64,000 nt of DNA from Promethearchaeota archaeon (GTDB taxonomy: Archaea; Asgardarchaeota; Lokiarchaeia; Sigyniarchaeales; SOKP01), in the NCBI GenBank assembly GCA_019058245.1, contig JAHPZJ010000017.1, positions 11,134 to 75,133 of the forward strand, read 5' to 3'. The notes beneath the pieces were generated by a model. That model had not been told where the DNA came from. It saw nothing but the letters and a program-made list of their open reading frames with translations, and searched no databases. Below, piece by piece: positions 10,401 to 21,346 of this stretch (its first letter is position 1; every line of letters starts with the position of its first letter). The position numbers and the translations under genes are program-made.

Positions 10401-12326
10401 ATGGGAAAAACTTTAACTGAAAAGATTTTAGAAAATCATTTGGTTGAGGGGAATTTAGAAAAAGGCACGGATATAGCTATTAAAATTGACCAAACATTAA
10501 CCCAAGATGCAACTGGTACTATGGCTTATTTGCAATTTGAAGCAATGGGTGTTCCTAGGGTTCAAACCGAATTATCAGTAAGTTATGTTGATCATAATAC
10601 ATTACAAACTGATTTCAAGAATCCTGATGATCATAGATATCTCCAGAGCATAGCAGCAAAATATGGTTTATATTTTTCACGTCCAGGTAATGGTATTTGT
10701 CATCAGGTACATCTTGAACGATTCGCTCGTCCCGGAAGAACATTATTAGGGAGTGACAGTCATACCCCTACAGGAGGAGGTGTTGGATCAATTGCGATTG
10801 GAGCTGGTGGGCTTGATGTAGCTGCGGCTATGGCAGGAGAGCCATTTAGATTAAAAATGCCTAAAGTTGTGAAGATGTATCTTACAGGGAAACTTCCAGA
10901 TTTTGTATCAGCAAAAGATGTTATCTTGGAAGTATTAAGAAAGATTGGTGTAAAAGGAGCAGTAAATAAGGTTCTAGAGTATACTGGTCCAGGAATAAAG
11001 ACATTAACAGTCCCAGAAAGAGGAACGATAACAAATATGGGAACCGAGACAGGGGCTACTACTTCAATTTTTCCTTCAGATGAAATTACTAAAGAATTTT
11101 TAGAAGCTCAAGAAAGAGGAGATCAATGGAATGAATTATTACCCGATGAGGATGCTATTTATGATGAAATGATCGAGATAAATTTAAGTGAATTAGAACC
11201 ACTTATTGCTGAACCTCATAGTCCAGGAAATGTTAAAACTGTTAAGGAATTAGAGGGTTTGAACGTAGACCAAGTATGTATTGGAAGTTGTACTAATTCT
11301 TCTTTACGAGATCTTAAAATTGTTGCCAATATGTTAAAAGGGAAAACTATAAATCTAAATACCGTTTTAACAGTAAGTCCTGGCTCTCGACAAGTTGTAG
11401 ATCACATGATAGAATCTGGTGAAATGGATTATTTAGTAAGAGCCGGAGCAAGAATTCTAGAAAATGCGTGTGGTCCATGTATTGGAATGGGTTTAGCTCC
11501 TAAAAGTAATGCCGTTTCTCTAAGAACTTTTAACAGAAACTTCCTTGGAAGATCAGGAACAAAAAGTGCTAATGCTTACTTAGTAAGTCCCGAAACTGCT
11601 GCTATTGCCGCAATTGAAGGTAAAATCACAGATCCTAGAAAGTATGGTAACTTACCTAAAATGATAATGCCTAAATTGTTTACGGTTAATGATAATATGA
11701 TTATTCCACCATTATCTCCTGAGGAAGCTAAAAATATAGAAATTGTTAGAGGTCCAAATATCAAACCATTACCGGAATTTAATCCTTTACCAGAAAAATT
11801 AGATGGGGAAGTTCTCCTAAAAGTTGAGGATGATATAACAACAGATCATATTATGCCAGCAGGAGCTAAAATTCTACCATTAAGAAGTAATATCCCAGAG
11901 ATCAGTAAATTTGTTTTCAATGTTGTGGATGAAACATTTCATGATAGATCTCTTGAAAAGGGCGGAGGATTTATTATTGGAGGGGAAAATTATGGACAAG
12001 GCTCAAGTAGAGAACATGCAGCAATTGCACCTAAATACTTAGGAATTAAAGCTGTAATAGTTAAGAGTTTTGCGCGTATTCATTTAGCAAATCTAATAAA
12101 TTTTGGAATTGTGCCATTAATTTTTGTAAATAAAGAAGATTATAACAATATTGACGCTGGTGATCAGTTTGAGATTGATTTATCTATGATTAAGTCTGGT
12201 AAAGTCTCATTGAAAAACATTTCAAAAAATCTTGAGATTGAATTGACTCATTCACTTAGTGAGCAGGATTTAGAGGAATTAATGGCAGGTGGAAAATTAA
12301 CACTAATAAAACAAAAGCATTCCTAA
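10401..12326 (+). CDS. acn: Aconitate hydratase (short ~640-aa type)
   Basis: QDATG, GSDSHT, IGSCTN, ACGPCIGMG, TTDHI and NYGQGSSREHAA motifs. Confidence 0.92.
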   Translation: MGKTLTEKILENHLVEGNLEKGTDIAIKIDQTLTQDATGTMAYLQFEAMGVPRVQTELSVSYVDHNTLQTDFKNPDDHRYLQSIAAKYGLYFSRPGNGICHQVHLERFARPGRTLLGSDSHTPTGGGVGSIAIGAGGLDVAAAMAGEPFRLKMPKVVKMYLTGKLPDFVSAKDVILEVLRKIGVKGAVNKVLEYTGPGIKTLTVPERGTITNMGTETGATTSIFPSDEITKEFLEAQERGDQWNELLPDEDAIYDEMIEINLSELEPLIAEPHSPGNVKTVKELEGLNVDQVCIGSCTNSSLRDLKIVANMLKGKTINLNTVLTVSPGSRQVVDHMIESGEMDYLVRAGARILENACGPCIGMGLAPKSNAVSLRTFNRNFLGRSGTKSANAYLVSPETAAIAAIEGKITDPRKYGNLPKMIMPKLFTVNDNMIIPPLSPEEAKNIEIVRGPNIKPLPEFNPLPEKLDGEVLLKVEDDITTDHIMPAGAKILPLRSNIPEISKFVFNVVDETFHDRSLEKGGGFIIGGENYGQGSSREHAAIAPKYLGIKAVIVKSFARIHLANLINFGIVPLIFVNKEDYNNIDAGDQFEIDLSMIKSGKVSLKNISKNLEIELTHSLSEQDLEELMAGGKLTLIKQKHS

Positions 12327-12374
12327 ATAAAGATTTTATACATACTTTTTTTACTTATTTTTATCAAACAATAT

Positions 12375-12830
12375 TTATATTCTACCAGGATAATCTACAT
12401 TTTTAAAAGGCCAATTTAAACTGATCCATTTCTTTACAGTACGGAAGAGAATTTCATCTAACCCCTTATCATATTCAGTTTGGCGAACCCACATGGTTAC
12501 CACAGCATCAATAGTCATTTCATCCGATGGGTTGATGTAAAGGCAGCCAAGAACTCTTGAATCATCCAATGATATAACAGTATAAGCAAATGCCTTACGA
12601 TCTAGAAATTCTTGTTGGTGTCTTTTTAGATCTTTAAGGTTCTCCTCGATGGTGAATCCTGATCTCGGCCATGGACCACCATACATAGTATGGAGTAGCT
12701 CTTGACTTTCCATAACTGCTTCGTAATCCTTTTTGATATCATCTATAGATAACATTCGAAGACGAAAACTTTCTGTTTCAAGCTGATTAGGGATCTCGAA
12801 ATCATCAGGTATAAATTGGGTTTTAGAAAT
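12375..12830 (-). CDS. GNAT-like acetyltransferase; start probably ATT at 12830 (ORF track starts at 12755)
   Basis: In-frame upstream extension ISKTQFIPDDFEIPNQLETESFRLR-ML resembles RimJ-type GNAT N-termini; GAGGAG lies 7 nt upstream of the ATT. Confidence 0.7.
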   Translation of the reverse strand: MSKTQFIPDDFEIPNQLETESFRLRMLSIDDIKKDYEAVMESQELLHTMYGGPWPRSGFTIEENLKDLKRHQQEFLDRKAFAYTVISLDDSRVLGCLYINPSDEMTIDAVVTMWVRQTEYDKGLDEILFRTVKKWISLNWPFKNVDYPGRI

Positions 12831-12928
12831 TTAAATCTCCTCTTTATTAATCATTGGAATTAATATTAGATTTATTAAATAGGACATGTTTTTTTATAAC
12901 TATATGTGGTTTTTTATTTAAAGATATC

Positions 12929-13711
12929 ATGTTTGATAATAATTTAAAGCAAGATCCAAAAAAGCGTTTTTCTTCAAGAGTAGAAAGATATATTAAATTT
13001 AGACCTTCTTATCCAAAAGAAATCATTCCATTCTTAAAAGAAAAACATATTTTATCAAATAATTCTGTAATTGCGGATATAGGATCAGGTACGGGAATCC
13101 TCAGTGAACTTTTTTTAAAGGAAGGAAATAAAGTTTATGGAGTTGAACCAAATAGAGATATGAGAAAAGCTGGAGAAGTCCAATTAAGTAAGTACTCTAA
13201 TTTTATAAGTATTAAAGGTTCAGCTGAATATTCTTCACTTGACCCTAAAAGCGTTGATATAATTACAGTAGGCCAAGCTTTCCATTGGTTTGATTTAGAA
13301 AAAACTAGAATGGAATTTTCAAGAATTCTTAAACCTAATGGATGGGTTGTCTTGATTTGGAATCGTCGAGACAATCAGAAAAATGAATTTTTAAAAGACT
13401 ATGAAAAATTTATCAAAAAATATGGTACTGACTATAAATACGTTAAAAAGAGAATGCTAGATTATCAAAAATTTTTCGGCGGAGATCATGTGGAAATAAG
13501 TTATCGAGTTCAAAAGTTTTATAATTCTCAAATTTTTGACTATGAAGGTTTGGAAGGTAGAGCCCTTTCTACTTCTTATATTCCTTTAGATGACCATCCT
13601 TCATTCAATTCCATGATTATGGATCTAAAAAAACTATTTAAAAAGCATCAACAAAATGGTTTAGTTAAATTTGAATATAATACTGCTGTTATTTACGGGC
13701 GCTTATTATAA
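12929..13711 (+). CDS. Class I SAM-dependent methyltransferase
   Basis: RPSYP, IADIGSGTG, VEPN and QAFHWFD motifs; ATG 12929 preferred over TTG 12854, which would crowd the divergent gene. Confidence 0.88.
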   Translation: MFDNNLKQDPKKRFSSRVERYIKFRPSYPKEIIPFLKEKHILSNNSVIADIGSGTGILSELFLKEGNKVYGVEPNRDMRKAGEVQLSKYSNFISIKGSAEYSSLDPKSVDIITVGQAFHWFDLEKTRMEFSRILKPNGWVVLIWNRRDNQKNEFLKDYEKFIKKYGTDYKYVKKRMLDYQKFFGGDHVEISYRVQKFYNSQIFDYEGLEGRALSTSYIPLDDHPSFNSMIMDLKKLFKKHQQNGLVKFEYNTAVIYGRLL

Positions 13712-13782
13712 TTTTTAAATAAATAAAATAAGTTTTATTAGAGAAATTACTATTTTAAAAAAAAATTTCTGGTGTAAAAAAA

Positions 13783-16191
13783 ATTAATCAAGCCAAAAAA
13801 CAAATTCAAAATATTAAGAGAATCTGTTTCAATATTTTCACCATATTAATCATATTAATTTTGGTATACCCAATAAACATATCGAATTATCTAAGTAATA
13901 ATAATCAACAGATCTCATACATCTTTCCGTCAACAAGCGATTTAGGTGTTTCACAATGGTTGCCACCAACAAAAATCGGACAATTTGGCGATGGGGGAAA
14001 TGCATATAACGTTTTTATTAGCAACGATATAGCATACGTTGTTGAAAAGAGCAGTGGATTGGAAATAATAGATATATCCGACCCAGCAAACCCAACGGAA
14101 CTCGGACAATTTGATGACGGCGGAGTGGCATTTGGTGTTTACGTTGACGGTAATATCGCATATATTGCTGATACTTATGATGGTTTGGAAATAATAGATG
14201 TATCAGACCCAGCTAACCCAACAAAACTCGGACAATTTGATGACGGCGGAGTAGCACATGATGTTTACATTAGCGGTAATATCGCATATGTTGCTGATGC
14301 TTATGACGGTTTGGAATTAATAGATGTATCCGACCCAGCAAATCTAACGGAACTCGGACAATTTGATGATGAAGGATCGACATATGATGTTTACATTAGC
14401 GGTAATATCGCGTATGTTACTGATACTTATGACGGTTTGGAATTAATAGATGTATCCGATCCAGCAAACCCAACGAAACTCGGACAATTCGATGACGGTG
14501 GAGGTGCACGTGATGTTTTCATTAGCGGTAACATAGCATACGTTGCTGATGGTAATAATAGCTTAGAATTAATAGATGTATCTGACCCAGCAAACCCGAC
14601 GAAACTCGGACAATTTAATGGAGGACAAGGTGCAGAGGATATTTATGTTAGTGAAACTACAGCATACCTTGCAGGTGGGTATGACGGCTTAATAATAATA
14701 GATGTATCCGACCCAGCACATCTAACAGAACTCGGACAATTTCATCACAGTGGTTATATGTTTGATGTTTGTGTTATCGGAAACCTAGCATATTCAGCAA
14801 ATAGAGAGAATAGCTTAGAAATAATAGATATATCCGATCCAGCAATTCCAACAGAAATTGGAAATTATGATGATGGAGGAGATGCAGAAGATATTTACGT
14901 TAGTGGGACTACATTATATCTTGTAGATAGCTATGATGGCTTGAAAATTATAAACATATCTGACCCAACAAATCCAACGAAACTCGGACAATTTGATGAT
15001 GGTGGGTATGCAAATGATGTTTTCGTTAGCGGTAATATAGCATACGTTGCCGATCATTCTAGCGGCTTGAAAATAATAGATGTATCCGATCCAACAAACC
15101 CGACGGAAATCGGAAACCTTTTTTGGGGAACTGCACTGGGTCTCTACGTTATTGGAAATATAACATATGTTGCCACGGGTTTTGGCTTGAGAATAATAAA
15201 TGTATCTGACCCAGTAAACCCAATAGAGCTCGGACGTATTGATAGCGAAGGGTCGGCATATGATGTTTACGTAAGTGGTAATACGGCATATGTTGCTGAT
15301 GGGAACGGCAGTTTAGGAATAATAAACGTGTCTAACTCAACGAATCCAACGGAAATTGGGCGATATAATGAAGGAGGAGATGCACGAGGTGTTCAAGTTA
15401 GTGGTAACATAGTATATCTTGCTGATGAAGACAAAGGTTTGGAAATAATAGATGTATCTGACCCGACAAACCCAACGGAACTCGGAAACCTCGGGAGAAC
15501 CGCACTAGGTCTCTACGTTAGCGATAATATAGCATACGTTGCTGCATATTATGACGGTTTGGTGGTAATAAACGTATCCGATCCAACAAATCCAACGGAA
15601 CTCGGACAATTTGATGACGGCGGAGTGGCATTTGGTGTTTACGTTGACGGTAATATAGCATATATTCCCGATAAGACTTATGGCTTAGAAATAATAGATA
15701 CAGGCTATGATTCAGACGGAGATAATTTAACAGATACGACAGAATTTCTTAGTATAAATACTGATCCAAATGATTGGGATACTGATGAGGATGGTCTACC
15801 TGATGGCTGGGAGGTAGTAAATAATTGTAACCCGCTTCTAGATGATTCTACAAGTGATCCTGACTCAGATACCTTATTTAATTTAGAGGAGTTCATATGT
15901 GGCACTGATCCAAATGATGCAGATACAGATGATGACGGTTTAAACGATGGTGAAGAGGTTTATATTTATTTTACAGATCCAAATGATATGGATACTGATG
16001 GTGATGGTTTTAGTGATGGGAAAGAGGTTGCTTCAGGTTATGATCCGAATAATCCTTTAAATAATCCATTTTTGACTCCGCTAATTATTATAATTATCGT
16101 AATTATTATTATTGTCATTTCCTTAGTAATTGTTATTAATAGAATTAAAAAAAAGGGAATTCTTCAATTTTACTGCAATCGTGAGAATTAA
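13783..16191 (+). CDS. Cell-surface LVIVD-repeat (beta-propeller) protein with DxDxDG Ca-binding stalk and C-terminal TM anchor
   Basis: 14 units of about 43 aa ([13 protein letters not shown].LG); TSP3-like DTDGDG repeats; poly-Ile TM plus KKK; in-frame signal-anchor upstream of the 13861 TTG suggests an ATT start at 13783. Confidence 0.85.
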   Translation: MNQAKKQIQNIKRICFNIFTILIILILVYPINISNYLSNNNQQISYIFPSTSDLGVSQWLPPTKIGQFGDGGNAYNVFISNDIAYVVEKSSGLEIIDISDPANPTELGQFDDGGVAFGVYVDGNIAYIADTYDGLEIIDVSDPANPTKLGQFDDGGVAHDVYISGNIAYVADAYDGLELIDVSDPANLTELGQFDDEGSTYDVYISGNIAYVTDTYDGLELIDVSDPANPTKLGQFDDGGGARDVFISGNIAYVADGNNSLELIDVSDPANPTKLGQFNGGQGAEDIYVSETTAYLAGGYDGLIIIDVSDPAHLTELGQFHHSGYMFDVCVIGNLAYSANRENSLEIIDISDPAIPTEIGNYDDGGDAEDIYVSGTTLYLVDSYDGLKIINISDPTNPTKLGQFDDGGYANDVFVSGNIAYVADHSSGLKIIDVSDPTNPTEIGNLFWGTALGLYVIGNITYVATGFGLRIINVSDPVNPIELGRIDSEGSAYDVYVSGNTAYVADGNGSLGIINVSNSTNPTEIGRYNEGGDARGVQVSGNIVYLADEDKGLEIIDVSDPTNPTELGNLGRTALGLYVSDNIAYVAAYYDGLVVINVSDPTNPTELGQFDDGGVAFGVYVDGNIAYIPDKTYGLEIIDTGYDSDGDNLTDTTEFLSINTDPNDWDTDEDGLPDGWEVVNNCNPLLDDSTSDPDSDTLFNLEEFICGTDPNDADTDDDGLNDGEEVYIYFTDPNDMDTDGDGFSDGKEVASGYDPNNPLNNPFLTPLIIIIIVIIIIVISLVIVINRIKKKGILQFYCNREN
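13960..15700 (+). repeat. Intragenic tandem repeats of about 129 nt (LVIVD units)
   Basis: Recurring gatgtatc.gacccagcaaacccaacg.aactcggacaatttgatgacgg; 65-nt exact duplicate at 14092-14156 and 15592-15656. Confidence 0.9.
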
Positions 16192-16243
16192 AATAGTTTA
16201 TAGTGAAGGATAGGTGAAAAACAATATAGGATTTTCATTCAAT

Positions 16244-17623
16244 TCAAACCATCTCTTTTGGATCTAATAATTCGTCTAAGTTCTCGATTCTTAGTCCCAT
16301 TTCTTTAATAATTGTCTTAATTGTCTTTCCTTCTTTATACGCACGTTGAGCTATCTCAGAACATTTATCATAACCTAAAATAGGAGTCAAATTTGTAATA
16401 ATCATTAGCATTTGTTCTAAATTTTCATTTATTTGCGAAACATTAACTTTTAACCCAGATAAACAATGATCTATAAATGAATTAATTCCTCCATTTAATA
16501 TTTCTATAGATTCAAGCAAGTTAATTATCATTACAGGTTTACATACATTCAAATCTAATATACTACCATATGCCTCTCCAAATGAAATTACTGAATCATT
16601 TCCAATAACTTGAAGACAAACCTGAATTAATGCTTCAGATTGAGTTGGGTTTATTTTCCCTGGCATGATTGATGAACCGGGTTCATTTTGAGGTATTTTT
16701 AATTCAGATAATCCTGCCCGTGGTCCACTTCCCAACCAGCGTATGTCATTAGCCATCTTTAATAATGATAGAGCTAATAACCGGAGATTTCCACTTAGAT
16801 TAACAACTGCATTATGGGATGCAATACTTTCCGCTTTCACAGGATTAACTTTAAAAGATAAATTAGTAATTCTTGAGAGGTGAGAAACCGCAAGTTTAGC
16901 AAAATCTTTATGGGCATTTAAACCTGTTCCTACCGCAGTTCCCCCAATTGGAATATAATACAATTCATTACTAGTATATCGAAGTCTTTCTAAGTTTGTT
17001 GTGATTTGTTTTTTATAAACTTCAAATTCTAACGATAAGGGTATAGGAACGGCATCTTGTAAATGTGTTCTTCCTACCTTAATAACATCTTTAAACTCTA
17101 TTATTTTACTTTCTAGGCTTTCTACTAACTTTTCTAAGGTTGGAAAAAGTTTTTGAATCGAGTGTAAAGCAGAGACATGCATAGCGCTTGGAATGACATC
17201 ATTAGAAGATTGACTTTTATTTACATGATCATTTGGATGTATTGGATGTTTATCGCCCCTTGGATATCCTAATATTTCATTTGCTCGATTCGCTACTACT
17301 TCATTCATATTCATATTTGTTTGGGTTCCGGATCCAGTTTGAAAAATATCTATTGGGAATTGATTGAAATATTTCTTTTCATCTAATATCTCATCTATAG
17401 CTTTAAGAATAGCATTACCTTTTTCTTTATCAACTAGCGCTAAATCTATATTTGCTAAGAGACAGGCTTTTTTTGCTTGGGCTAATGAAGTTATAAAAAT
17501 TGAGGGGAATTTCTTACCACTAATTTGAAAATTTATAATAGCTCGTTGAGTATTAGATCCCCAATAAACATCAGAAGGAACTTTTATTTCACCTAGCATA
17601 TCCTTTTCAATACGATAATTCAT
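16244..17623 (-). CDS. fumC: Class II fumarate hydratase
   Basis: QTGSGTQTNMNMNEV, SQSSND, GRTHLQDA and GSSIMPGKINPTQ signatures. Confidence 0.92.
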   Translation of the reverse strand: MNYRIEKDMLGEIKVPSDVYWGSNTQRAIINFQISGKKFPSIFITSLAQAKKACLLANIDLALVDKEKGNAILKAIDEILDEKKYFNQFPIDIFQTGSGTQTNMNMNEVVANRANEILGYPRGDKHPIHPNDHVNKSQSSNDVIPSAMHVSALHSIQKLFPTLEKLVESLESKIIEFKDVIKVGRTHLQDAVPIPLSLEFEVYKKQITTNLERLRYTSNELYYIPIGGTAVGTGLNAHKDFAKLAVSHLSRITNLSFKVNPVKAESIASHNAVVNLSGNLRLLALSLLKMANDIRWLGSGPRAGLSELKIPQNEPGSSIMPGKINPTQSEALIQVCLQVIGNDSVISFGEAYGSILDLNVCKPVMIINLLESIEILNGGINSFIDHCLSGLKVNVSQINENLEQMLMIITNLTPILGYDKCSEIAQRAYKEGKTIKTIIKEMGLRIENLDELLDPKEMV

Positions 17624-18098
17624 GGTTCATTCCTCTTTTTTGTATTTTAATATTGTAATAAGGATTAAGACAATAATAAAAGTTTATATTGAGATTTAAT
17701 TAAAATCAATTCAAAAAAGTATTCATAAATGTGAATCTCCAAATGGATTTATATGATTTTCTTACAAATAAATATGGATATTTAATTAAATTTATTCTAT
17801 CGAAATTTTACCTTTAATTTTTGGTCTTTTATAGAAAGCATTTTTTCGTATATTTTTTCCTTTTTTCTTCTTTTAATAAAAAATTTAAGAGAAATAAAGA
17901 AAGGTTGAAAAATAATTATCAAATTAGAAGAAAATTAAAAAAAAGTTCTTGTTAATGCTACTTTCTCTGAAAAAATATTATGTGTTAAGGAAGAACAAAA
18001 ATAAAACACCCATATTAACGGTTTCAGTAAAATTTATTAGAAAACATACTCTACCTAATAATAATTTTTGATTTAAATTGTAAATTTATAAGGAGAGT

Positions 18099-19400
18099 TT
18101 GAATAATTTGGCACAGAAAAATATTTATGAATATGACGCTAAAAAACTTTTAGCTAGCCAATTACCGAAATACTATCCTAAATTTGAATATCACGATAAA
18201 TTGGCTATTGTTCAAAGTGATACTGACTTGAATCAATTGATTTCTGTAGAGACTTGGATTAAATCAGAAAAATTAGTTGCTAAACCAGATCAATTATTTG
18301 GAAAAAGGGGAAAAGCAAATTTACTTTTACTAGATGCGAATTTTGATGAAATGAAACAATTTTGTCGCAATAATTTAGATAAAGTATTCGAAATTGGTAA
18401 TGTTAGAGGTGAATTAAACCGTCTTCTCATTGAACCTTTTATACCTCATGAGAAAGAATATTACGTCTCAATTACCTCAGATAGAGAAAATGATATTATT
18501 CATTTTAGTTTTGAAGGAGGCATTTTTATTGAGGAAAACTGGGATAAAGTATATCATATTCCTGTCCCACTTGGAATAGATATAAATACATTTGATTTAT
18601 TAAGTAAAATGCCTGATTTGGGTGATTTAAAAGATATTTTAATTCCTTTTATTAAGGCATTATTTCAAGTTTATATTGATCAAGATTTTGCGTTTCTTGA
18701 AATTAATCCATTTGCGATTACTGGAGACAAGAAAATTGTTCCTTTAGATGTAAAAGCGCGATTAGATGATACTGCGGCTTTTCTTCACCAAGATACATGG
18801 GGAAATCCTGATAATCCCATTGAGTTTCCAGCGGGATTTGGACAAAAATCAACTATAGAAGAAGATAGGATTAGAGATCTTGATGAAAAAACGGGAGCTT
18901 CATTAAAGTTAAAAATATTAAATAAAAATGGTCGTGTTTGGACAATGGTTGCGGGTGGTGGAGCTTCAGTAATTTATACCGACACAGTAGTAGATTTAGG
19001 TTTAGGAAAAGAATTAGGAAATTATGGGGAATATAGTGGCAATCCTAGTCGTGAACATACAGAAATTTATGCTCAAACCATTATTGATTTAATTACCGAA
19101 AATCCTGATCTGCAAGGAAAACCTAAATATCTTATAATTGGGGGTGGAATTGCAAATTTCACTGATGTAAAAGTAACTTTTACTGGAATAGTAAGTGCGA
19201 TTAAAAATTCTGTTGATAAATTAAAGAAAGCGAACGTGAAGATCTTTGTTCGAAGAGGAGGACCAAATGAAAAACAAGGGCTTGAGATGATGGAAAAAGT
19301 TGGAAAAGAAACAGGAATACCAATTGAAGTCTTTGATAGATATACACATATGACTAGAGTTGTTGAGTTAATAAAAAAAGCAGAAGAGGGAAAAACTTAA
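18099..19400 (+). CDS. aclB: ATP citrate lyase beta subunit (ATP-grasp plus citrate-binding domain)
   Basis: KPDQLFGKRGK, LEINP, WTMVAGGGASV, NYGEYSGNP, GGIANFTDV and RRGGPN; AGGAG SD before TTG. Confidence 0.9.
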   Translation: MNNLAQKNIYEYDAKKLLASQLPKYYPKFEYHDKLAIVQSDTDLNQLISVETWIKSEKLVAKPDQLFGKRGKANLLLLDANFDEMKQFCRNNLDKVFEIGNVRGELNRLLIEPFIPHEKEYYVSITSDRENDIIHFSFEGGIFIEENWDKVYHIPVPLGIDINTFDLLSKMPDLGDLKDILIPFIKALFQVYIDQDFAFLEINPFAITGDKKIVPLDVKARLDDTAAFLHQDTWGNPDNPIEFPAGFGQKSTIEEDRIRDLDEKTGASLKLKILNKNGRVWTMVAGGGASVIYTDTVVDLGLGKELGNYGEYSGNPSREHTEIYAQTIIDLITENPDLQGKPKYLIIGGGIANFTDVKVTFTGIVSAIKNSVDKLKKANVKIFVRRGGPNEKQGLEMMEKVGKETGIPIEVFDRYTHMTRVVELIKKAEEGKT

Positions 19401-19417
19401 AGGAGGAATGACATAGT

Positions 19418-21253
19418 ATGGAAAAATTTGAGTTATTTGATAGGAAAACACAAGCAATAATCTATGGTTTTCAACAAGCCGCAATTCAAAGGATGATAGA
19501 TTTTGATTACTTATGTAGACGAGAAATACCATCAATTGCAGCAGTAATAAGACCTACTCAAGATGCAGCAATAGCTTATCATAAAGTATTTTGGGGTAGT
19601 AAAGAAATCGTTGTCCCTGTTTATAAAACACTTCAAATGGCTATTAAGAAACACCCTAATGCAGACGTAATGATAAATTTTTCTTCATTTAGAAGTGCAT
19701 ATCCAACAAGTAAAGAAGCATTAGAATCAGATACAATACGTACAGTTGCAATAATTGCAGAAGGAATGCCTGAAAGGCAGAGTCGACATTTACTTAAAAT
19801 TGCTGAAGAAAAAGATAAGATAATAATAGGACCTGCCACTGTTGGTGGAATTAGGGCAGGAGCTTTCAAAATTGGAAACAGTGCAGGCACAACTGAAAAT
19901 ATCATACTCTCAAAATTATATAGACCTGGTTCAATAGGATTTGTTAGTAAATCAGGGGGACTTTCTAATGAAATGAATTTTATGATTGCCCAAAATACCG
20001 ATGGCATTTATGAAGGTATTGCTATAGGTGGGGATCGATATCCTGGTTCACGATTAGTTGACCACCTTATGCGATATGAAGCTAATCCTAAGATCAAAAT
20101 GCTAGTTTCATTAGGAGAAATTGGTGGTAAAGATGAATATGATATAGTTAATGCTCTTAAATCTGGAAAAGTTACTAAACCCTTAGTTATTTGGGTTGCT
20201 GGAACAGCTGCTAAAATTTTACCTAGTGGTCTACAATTTGGACACGCTGGTGCAATGGCAGGAAGTGATATGGAAACCGCGGAAGCAAAAAATAAAGCCT
20301 TAAGAGATGCTGGAGCAATTGTTCCTGATTCTTATGAAGATTTAGATAAAAGAATTAGAGAGACATTTGAAAAATTAAAGCAAGAAGGAAAAGTAACACC
20401 CATTGAAGAAATTGAACCTCCAGAAATACCAATTGACTTTGGTGATGCAACTCGAATGGGATTAGTAAGAAGATCGAGTGATGTTATTGTAACAATTTCA
20501 GACGATCGAGGTGATGTACCCACTTTTGCTGGAGTTGGATTAGATACTATAATACGAGAAAGTAAAAGTATAGGTTATGTGATTGGACTTCTTTGGTTCA
20601 AGCGAGAACTACCAGAGTTTGCTCAACAATTTATTGAAATCGTTGTAAAATTAACAGCTGATCATGGTCCAGCTGTAAGTGGAGCTCATAATGCTATAAT
20701 AACTGCCCGAGCAGGAAAAGATCTTATGTCAGCTTTGGCAAGTGGTATTTTAACTATTGGTCCTAGATTTGGAGGTGCAATTTCTGATGCTGCCAAATAT
20801 ATAAGGGAAGCTTTACAAAAAGGAATGCAACCACAAGAGTTCGTTAACTATATGAAGGATGTTGTTAATATCAATATACCAGGAATTGGTCATAGAATCA
20901 AATCAGTTCAGAATCCTGATGTGAGAGTTCAATTACTTAAGGAATTCGTATTTAAAAATTTTCAAAAACATCCACACTTAGATCTTGCATTAGAGGTAGA
21001 GAAAATAACCACATCTAAACGAAACAATTTAATATTAAATGTTGATGGGTGTATTGGAATTACCTTTTTAGATTTATTGGAAAATTTAGACTTCTCCCCT
21101 GAAGAGATTGAAGATGTGATTTATAGTGAAGCTTTAAATGGATTATTCGTGCTTGGACGGTCAATAGGAATGATGGGCCATATTTTTGACCAAAAACGTC
21201 AACGTGCTGGTCTTTATAGGCAGCCTTGGGATGAAATTTTATTTAGTGAATAA
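19418..21253 (+). CDS. aclA: ATP citrate lyase alpha subunit (CoA-binding, phospho-His and citryl-CoA lyase domains)
   Basis: GPATVGG, SKSGGLSNE, QFGHAGA, ADHGPAVSGAHN, IGPRFGGA, GIGHR and LNVDG; AGGAGG SD. Confidence 0.92.
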   Translation: MEKFELFDRKTQAIIYGFQQAAIQRMIDFDYLCRREIPSIAAVIRPTQDAAIAYHKVFWGSKEIVVPVYKTLQMAIKKHPNADVMINFSSFRSAYPTSKEALESDTIRTVAIIAEGMPERQSRHLLKIAEEKDKIIIGPATVGGIRAGAFKIGNSAGTTENIILSKLYRPGSIGFVSKSGGLSNEMNFMIAQNTDGIYEGIAIGGDRYPGSRLVDHLMRYEANPKIKMLVSLGEIGGKDEYDIVNALKSGKVTKPLVIWVAGTAAKILPSGLQFGHAGAMAGSDMETAEAKNKALRDAGAIVPDSYEDLDKRIRETFEKLKQEGKVTPIEEIEPPEIPIDFGDATRMGLVRRSSDVIVTISDDRGDVPTFAGVGLDTIIRESKSIGYVIGLLWFKRELPEFAQQFIEIVVKLTADHGPAVSGAHNAIITARAGKDLMSALASGILTIGPRFGGAISDAAKYIREALQKGMQPQEFVNYMKDVVNINIPGIGHRIKSVQNPDVRVQLLKEFVFKNFQKHPHLDLALEVEKITTSKRNNLILNVDGCIGITFLDLLENLDFSPEEIEDVIYSEALNGLFVLGRSIGMMGHIFDQKRQRAGLYRQPWDEILFSE

Positions 21254-21346
21254 TTTAATCTTTTTTAAACCATAATAAAATATTTAATTTTAAGAAAAAA
21301 ATTATAGAAAATAACTGAAAAAAAACAGAATTAGAGGTTATATATA

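Noticed and set aside
13960-15700. Regular repeats considered as a CRISPR array or a DGR template/variable pair
   Set aside because: The repeats are in-frame protein units without unique spacers; differences are not adenine-specific and no reverse transcriptase or cas gene is present.
18099-21253. ATP citrate lyase as proof of autotrophic reverse TCA carbon fixation
   Set aside because: No 2-oxoglutarate synthase, fumarate reductase or succinyl-CoA synthetase is in the window, and the context is amino-acid and fatty-acid catabolism.
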